A stretch of DNA of 64,000 bases, taken from IMG/VR virus record IMGVR_UViG_3300033074_000806, positions 32,001-96,000 of that record; one strand, given 5' to 3'. Positions 59,683 through 64,000 of this stretch are shown here, piece after piece. The translations under genes and the position numbers were made by a program. This DNA is from a virus (Duplodnaviria; Caudoviricetes). The notes beneath the pieces were generated by a model. That model did no database searches. It was not told where the DNA came from and was given only the letters and a program-made list of their open reading frames with translations. The stretch's first letter is position 1; each line of letters opens with the position of its first letter.

Positions 59683-61191
59683 ATGGCAAATAAAGTTCTA
59701 GCTAAGACAAATATAAATGTAGAAAAGCTTCGATCTTTGTTAGCAAAGCTAGCTAAAGAAACGAATAGATCTAGCGCTTTGAACGATATAATGGCCAAAG
59801 CTAATGAGATCTTTAAGGAAGCTTTTGATACTCTAGCTGATCCTGCTTTCTATCCTACATACTTAAAGACTGGTGATACAGCTAACTCCGCATTGTATAA
59901 TAAAAACTTTGAACTTATATTAGAAGACATAACTAGGTTCTATAAAGAATTAGAATTATTATCACAAGCTAGTATATCTAGTTTTAATTATGCACAGGTA
60001 GTTAATGCAGAATTAATAACGCGAGCTAATCAATTAGCTAGCACAGTTTTAGATCTAAAAATACTTAGTGACTTTACTAGGGGAGATGTGCTAATAGCCG
60101 GAGATGATTTTAGATCATTGGATAACGTTGATCAATCTATTGCCACTGCCTCTTCAAAAGCTGAAAAGATGTTTGGATCTGGTGGCATATCTTTAAAGAG
60201 AGCTACAAACAATACTGTTATAGACGGCTCTACTGAAATAGAAATATTTCCATTAGGTCCTAGCAATCCTGCTAAAGGCACATCAGTTAACTTAGAGCCA
60301 ACTCCTGGGAACGTAGAACGGTTCTATGAAGGTATGTATTATAGTTTTATAAATTCGGCTAGGCCCGAAGGTGGTTTGTTTAATATCAAATTTTTGCTAC
60401 AGCCTGCTGAAGGTGAAAAACAAGAGCTAACTAAAGATAACCAAACCATTAGTGATGATAGCAATCTATACTCTAATAATGCCGCAGGTTACTTTGTTGA
60501 GATTGGTGCAACTGAGGAAGAAAAGAAAGTAGCCCGTCAAAAAATGTTCGATGGAGATCCATCAACTTTTTGGGAGTGTGAGTATGTTTATGATGTTCCA
60601 AAGCCATTAATCGATAGTCTAATAGACAATGGGTCTGTAGAAAATAATGATGACAACGAATCTAAGGGGCATAAAGATGATGCCGCTCGTGGTGTTTCTG
60701 TAGTCATTGATTATAAAGCTGCTGAACAAGCAGCTAAGGCCTATGATTTTAATGGTAGAGATCTAGTTATAGAAATTGTTTTTACCTTACAACAGCAACA
60801 AACAGTTAACTATTGCGTCATAGATCCGGTTGTGTTTGGAGTAAATTCATTTGTTGAAGTCTTAGATATAGCTGTTGCATCCGAAGATGATGGTGCATTT
60901 ATTACCGTAGACGGATGGAACTCTAGTAAGTATGCTAAAATTTTGACACCAGAAGCTAACAAGTTTTTAAATGATAATCAAATCGGTGAGCTCCTAGCTC
61001 CTAGTCGTTATGAATATAGCGGTAAAGGTGTCTTTCCATTCCCATCAAAAATAGCTAAGAAACTAAAAGTAAAATTAAAAGTTGATAACCCTGTGGCGGC
61101 GGTCTATGAACGATATTATATACTCATGAAACATCAAGTAGATATTTCAACTAACGTCAAGACAACTACAACTAAAGGTCTATTTAGATAG
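59683..61191 (+). CDS. virion structural protein, paralog B N-terminal part
   Basis: YNKNFELILEDITRFY helix, MFDGDPSTFW and FPSKIAKKLKV. Lacks the Y-x-x-G-x-R-E-L block, which is in the next ORF. Confidence 0.55.
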   Translation: MANKVLAKTNINVEKLRSLLAKLAKETNRSSALNDIMAKANEIFKEAFDTLADPAFYPTYLKTGDTANSALYNKNFELILEDITRFYKELELLSQASISSFNYAQVVNAELITRANQLASTVLDLKILSDFTRGDVLIAGDDFRSLDNVDQSIATASSKAEKMFGSGGISLKRATNNTVIDGSTEIEIFPLGPSNPAKGTSVNLEPTPGNVERFYEGMYYSFINSARPEGGLFNIKFLLQPAEGEKQELTKDNQTISDDSNLYSNNAAGYFVEIGATEEEKKVARQKMFDGDPSTFWECEYVYDVPKPLIDSLIDNGSVENNDDNESKGHKDDAARGVSVVIDYKAAEQAAKAYDFNGRDLVIEIVFTLQQQQTVNYCVIDPVVFGVNSFVEVLDIAVASEDDGAFITVDGWNSSKYAKILTPEANKFLNDNQIGELLAPSRYEYSGKGVFPFPSKIAKKLKVKLKVDNPVAAVYERYYILMKHQVDISTNVKTTTTKGLFR

Positions 61192-61201
61192 AGGTAATAC
61201 A

Positions 61202-62041
61202 GTGGGTTTATTTAAAAAGAAAAAGAAAACTACTGAGGAGAACTTTAAAGAGACTATTGTAGAGCATAAAATAGTTAAGCTTTCTTATCTACAAACTCTA
61301 GCGGTAACTGGTGGCATAACCAATACCAATGAACTTGCAGGTGAAACAGAAGCAGTAGATGAGACCATAAAGAATGGAGAAACATCTAATAAGCTACCAA
61401 AGTTTTTTGATGATCCTCTTACTAGACTTAGAAAGAAGTTTGATCCACTACTAAGTGGAACTTTAAATGGACTTTTCGGTAAGAAAGTTTCTAGAGAAGT
61501 TACACAAACAGTAAAGGACTCTGGGTGGAAAGTTGTTAAGTCCTGGCTACAGCCAGAATTTGATAAGATAAGATATGCCATAGGAATTAGAGAACTTACA
61601 TTTGCTCAGTTTAGATATGAAAAAGTTAGTGAGATTGTTAGTCAACCCTGGTCATCTCCTAAGGATATTAGTAAAGTAACCTTGATTGTAGATGAGTTTA
61701 TTCCCCCACAGTTTGATCCTGGGCCGGCTTATATAGAATACTATATCAAGCCCGAACTTGAGAATCAAGAATGGATTCGAATAAATCCTATTGGAGCTCG
61801 AACAGTTTACAATGATAAAGGAACAATAGTTCCTCGGATTATAAACTTTAATACTGAAAAGCCCGTTAATTCTAGGATCGAAGACGCTTATATAACTACA
61901 AAAGAGCAGGTCAAATCTATTAGATTTAGAGCAGTTTTGATGCGACCAGATACAGTAGTTGATTCTGATACGTCTGCTGATAGCTATACGCCTATATTAA
62001 AATCATATAGGCTAGCACTATTCCCGCGTGGTGGACTATAA
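61202..62041 (+). CDS. virion structural protein, paralog B C-terminal part
   Basis: GTG start with SD GAGGT at 61191-61195. Contains RYAIGIRELT, ISKVTLIVDE, IEYYI...WIRINPI and SYTPILKSY, matching paralog A. Confidence 0.55.
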   Translation: MGLFKKKKKTTEENFKETIVEHKIVKLSYLQTLAVTGGITNTNELAGETEAVDETIKNGETSNKLPKFFDDPLTRLRKKFDPLLSGTLNGLFGKKVSREVTQTVKDSGWKVVKSWLQPEFDKIRYAIGIRELTFAQFRYEKVSEIVSQPWSSPKDISKVTLIVDEFIPPQFDPGPAYIEYYIKPELENQEWIRINPIGARTVYNDKGTIVPRIINFNTEKPVNSRIEDAYITTKEQVKSIRFRAVLMRPDTVVDSDTSADSYTPILKSYRLALFPRGGL

Positions 62042-64000
62042 TGGCAATATACGAAAGACAATATTCTAAACTATTAACTAGAGAACTACTCAAGTATTTA
62101 CTTGCTGGTAGGCTGCCCAATATTGCAGAGATATCTTCTCAGTTAGATGAGCTCTTTAAGAAGAATGGTAACATAACTTATAAGTATGTTCCCCAATTAA
62201 AGGGCGAGGTCTTTAATAATACTCTATTTAATAGACAGCTGAATGCAATAAATTTTGACATTGAGACATTAAACGAAGAGTTCATAGATCTTTTATCTTC
62301 AGCTTTTCGCAGATTAAACTATGCAGATACCTACTATAGGGTGCATAGCCATGAGTTAAATAAACTTGAAGCTATATTAAATGCCATTTTATTTACATTT
62401 GATAAGGCTGATTATTTTTTCTTAAGTGCGTTTGATAGCTTTACAGATTACAGTAAAACAGATATAGAAAAATCTGATTCAGATATTATAAACCTATCTG
62501 AAAAAGCTATAATGCTTCCCTATGGTGGTAAAAATACACAGCGCATAAAAACATCGCACATGTATGAAGTTAAAACTTGGCCAGTCAAAGTTTTGACACC
62601 GCTAGATTTTGTATCAGCTAACCAAGTTCCGTCTACATCCTTTGGTGACATCTTTAGTGATGTAGCTACTGGCTGGATTTATGAAGTCGTAACTAATAAA
62701 CAAGAGTCAGTTTCAATAACTTTTACATTCCCATTAGCTGGAGTTCTATCTGAGAATGTAGAGGTATTAGTAAATAGATTTGAATTAACATCTCACTCAG
62801 CTACTGCTCAAAAAGCAAAAATTGAGTTCTCAGTTGATGATGTAAACTATAAAACCCCAGAGGGTTATGAAGACGGCTTAGTTATAAAAGATCAAAAATT
62901 TGTTTATGGCCTTGACTTTACAACTGAGCTGGCACAGTTTATTAGAATTACATTAACAAAGGATACATTTGATGAGGAGCTTGGTAATAGTTCTGACAAA
63001 AGATTCGTCTATAGATTTGGTTTGAAAGGCTTTAGTGCTTATTCAGTAGGTAGAAAGCAGGCCGCCATTTACCAAAGTAAGCCATTTGATTTTTCAGCAG
63101 AGCAAGAAAACATATCTAGAGTCTCTATAAAAGCAAAAACCTCAACTCCAAATGGAACATCAATAGACTTTAGTGTAGCTTTAACTGATGGAGAAACGAC
63201 TAGCAATTTTATTCCAATCAAGCCTACACAGGGTGATGCTAAACCTGGAACTTCAGAAGTTGTTGTATTCGGTTCAACAAAGGCCAATAGCCTGCGATTT
63301 GAAGCAGACTCCTCGTTGTTTACTCAGTATACTAACGGGACTATTAGAGGACATACCTTTTATAAATACTCTCAAGATGTTAATCCAGCGCCAATATTTG
63401 GCTCAGCTCAATTAATAAGAGGCTATAAGGCTTGGTCGCGCGATATAAGTTCTACTATTCAGACTAATAAAATATCTGACAATTACGTTAGTTTTGCTGA
63501 AGGTGATATACAAAAGGTATATGCGCTTTATACAGAGACACCAACCTTCTTAAAAGATACAATCGGTAGTGTCAATATTACAAGATTAGTAACAAGCTTA
63601 CCAGTCTATTATAATGGTAAAGGGCCGCTTGTCCCTATAGGGAATCAATACAATAGCACAGGATCTGATGCAACTCCTGGATACGCAGTATATAAAGTCC
63701 TATATATAACTGATCAAGGTCGAAAAACATTCACTGTAACAGCTAATGCTAGCAAAATAAAACTAAGCTACGACAGCTTTGTTCCCAATGGCGCCAATGC
63801 TCCTATTGTAAAGAACAGTAATAATACTGTTACATATAAAGAGGGTAAGGACTACATTATAGAAACAGAAATAAAAGACGGCTCTTTGCGCACGACTGGC
63901 AATTTAGATATTCCTGCTGGAAGCCAGATCAATACTGCCTCTGCTCCAACCTTAAATATTACCATAACTCTTGATCCAGATGTGACTTACAAAGTTACAG
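62041..64000 (+). CDS. 3'-truncated virion structural protein, paralog C (not in the ORF track)
   Basis: ATG at 62041 (TAATG overlap). The frame was read at its start, at internal lines and at the window end with no stop seen, and it is absent from the ORF track, consistent with no stop: MAIYERQYSKLL...FNRQLNAINFDIETL...FVYRFGLKGF...ISRVSI...FIPIKP. Confidence 0.7.
   Translation, partial: MAIYERQYSKLLTRELLKYLLAGRLPNIAEISSQLDELFKKNGNITYKYVPQLKGEVFNNTLFNRQLNAINFDIETLNEEFIDLLSSAFRRLNYADTYYRVHSHELNKLEAILNAILFTFDKADYFFLSAFDSFTDYSKTDIEKSDSDIINLSEKAIMLPYGGKNTQRIKTSHMYEVKTWPVKVLTPLDFVSANQVPSTSFGDIFSDVATGWIYEVVTNKQESVSITFTFPLAGVLSENVEVLVNRFELTSHSATAQKAKIEFSVDDVNYKTPEGYEDGLVIKDQKFVYGLDFTTELAQFIRITLTKDTFDEELGNSSDKRFVYRFGLKGFSAYSVGRKQAAIYQSKPFDFSAEQENISRVSIKAKTSTPNGTSIDFSVALTDGETTSNFIPIKPTQGDAKPGTSEVVVFGSTKANSLRFEADSSLFTQYTNGTIRGHTFYKYSQDVNPAPIFGSAQLIRGYKAWSRDISSTIQTNKISDNYVSFAEGDIQKVYALYTETPTFLKDTIGSVNITRLVTSLPVYYNGKGPLVPIGNQYNSTGSDATPGYAVYKVLYITDQGRKTFTVTANASKIKLSYDSFVPNGANAPIVKNSNNTVTYKEGKDYIIETEIKDGSLRTTGNLDIPAGSQINTASAPTLNITITLDPDVTYKVT

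Noticed and set aside
817-63415. Short minus-strand and nested alternative-frame ORFs in the ORF track (60-171 aa)
   Set aside because: All lie inside long + strand genes, have no recognisable motifs, and look like antisense shadows of biased codon usage.
1-64000. Stop-codon reassignment (TAG/TGA recoding seen in some large phages)
   Set aside because: ORFs of up to 2121 aa tile the window under code 11, and TAA, TGA and TAG all end genes at tight junctions.
1-64000. CRISPR arrays, tRNAs, introns/inteins, DGR template repeats, transposases
   Set aside because: There is no intergenic space for RNA genes. By eye I saw no nucleotide-level repeat arrays, no intein C/HN-C termini with LAGLIDADG motifs, and no RT or transposase motifs. 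Subtle cases could be missed without computation.

Overview
This window is a gene-dense segment of the virion-morphogenesis operon of a large (probably jumbo) contractile-tailed phage. It is AT-rich, read entirely on the + strand in standard code 11, and both terminal ORFs run off the window. The 29 genes are almost all translationally coupled through TAATG or ATGA overlaps or gaps of a few bases. Gene order: Ig/FN3-decorated neck/adaptor, Zn-finger head-closure protein, tail terminator, tail sheath, three tail-tube paralogs, two assembly chaperones, two very large tape-measure-position proteins, a giant baseplate hub, gp25-like and baseplate-J wedge proteins, then about 35 kb of very large baseplate/fibre proteins with glycan-binding and glycan-hydrolase modules. 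The main finding is the 1802-aa protein at 14028-19436, which sits in the tape-measure/ejection slot. It carries an intact N-terminal DEDDh (DnaQ-like) 3'-5' exonuclease. This is followed by a collinear series of motifs matching both the beta (FEDS barrel) and beta' (LPVP, GKKG, RxxP, N-x-DxDxD, bridge helix) halves of a two-barrel RNA polymerase, and then a hydrophobic helix and a poly-Pro tail. It therefore looks like a single-chain, exonuclease-fused, probably virion-delivered RNA polymerase. Other observations are a domain-restricted [S/T]-G dipeptide enrichment in surface proteins, several glycanase modules built into core baseplate subunits, and a split paralog with a duplicated junction. 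All assignments come from recognising motifs by eye; no searches were run.
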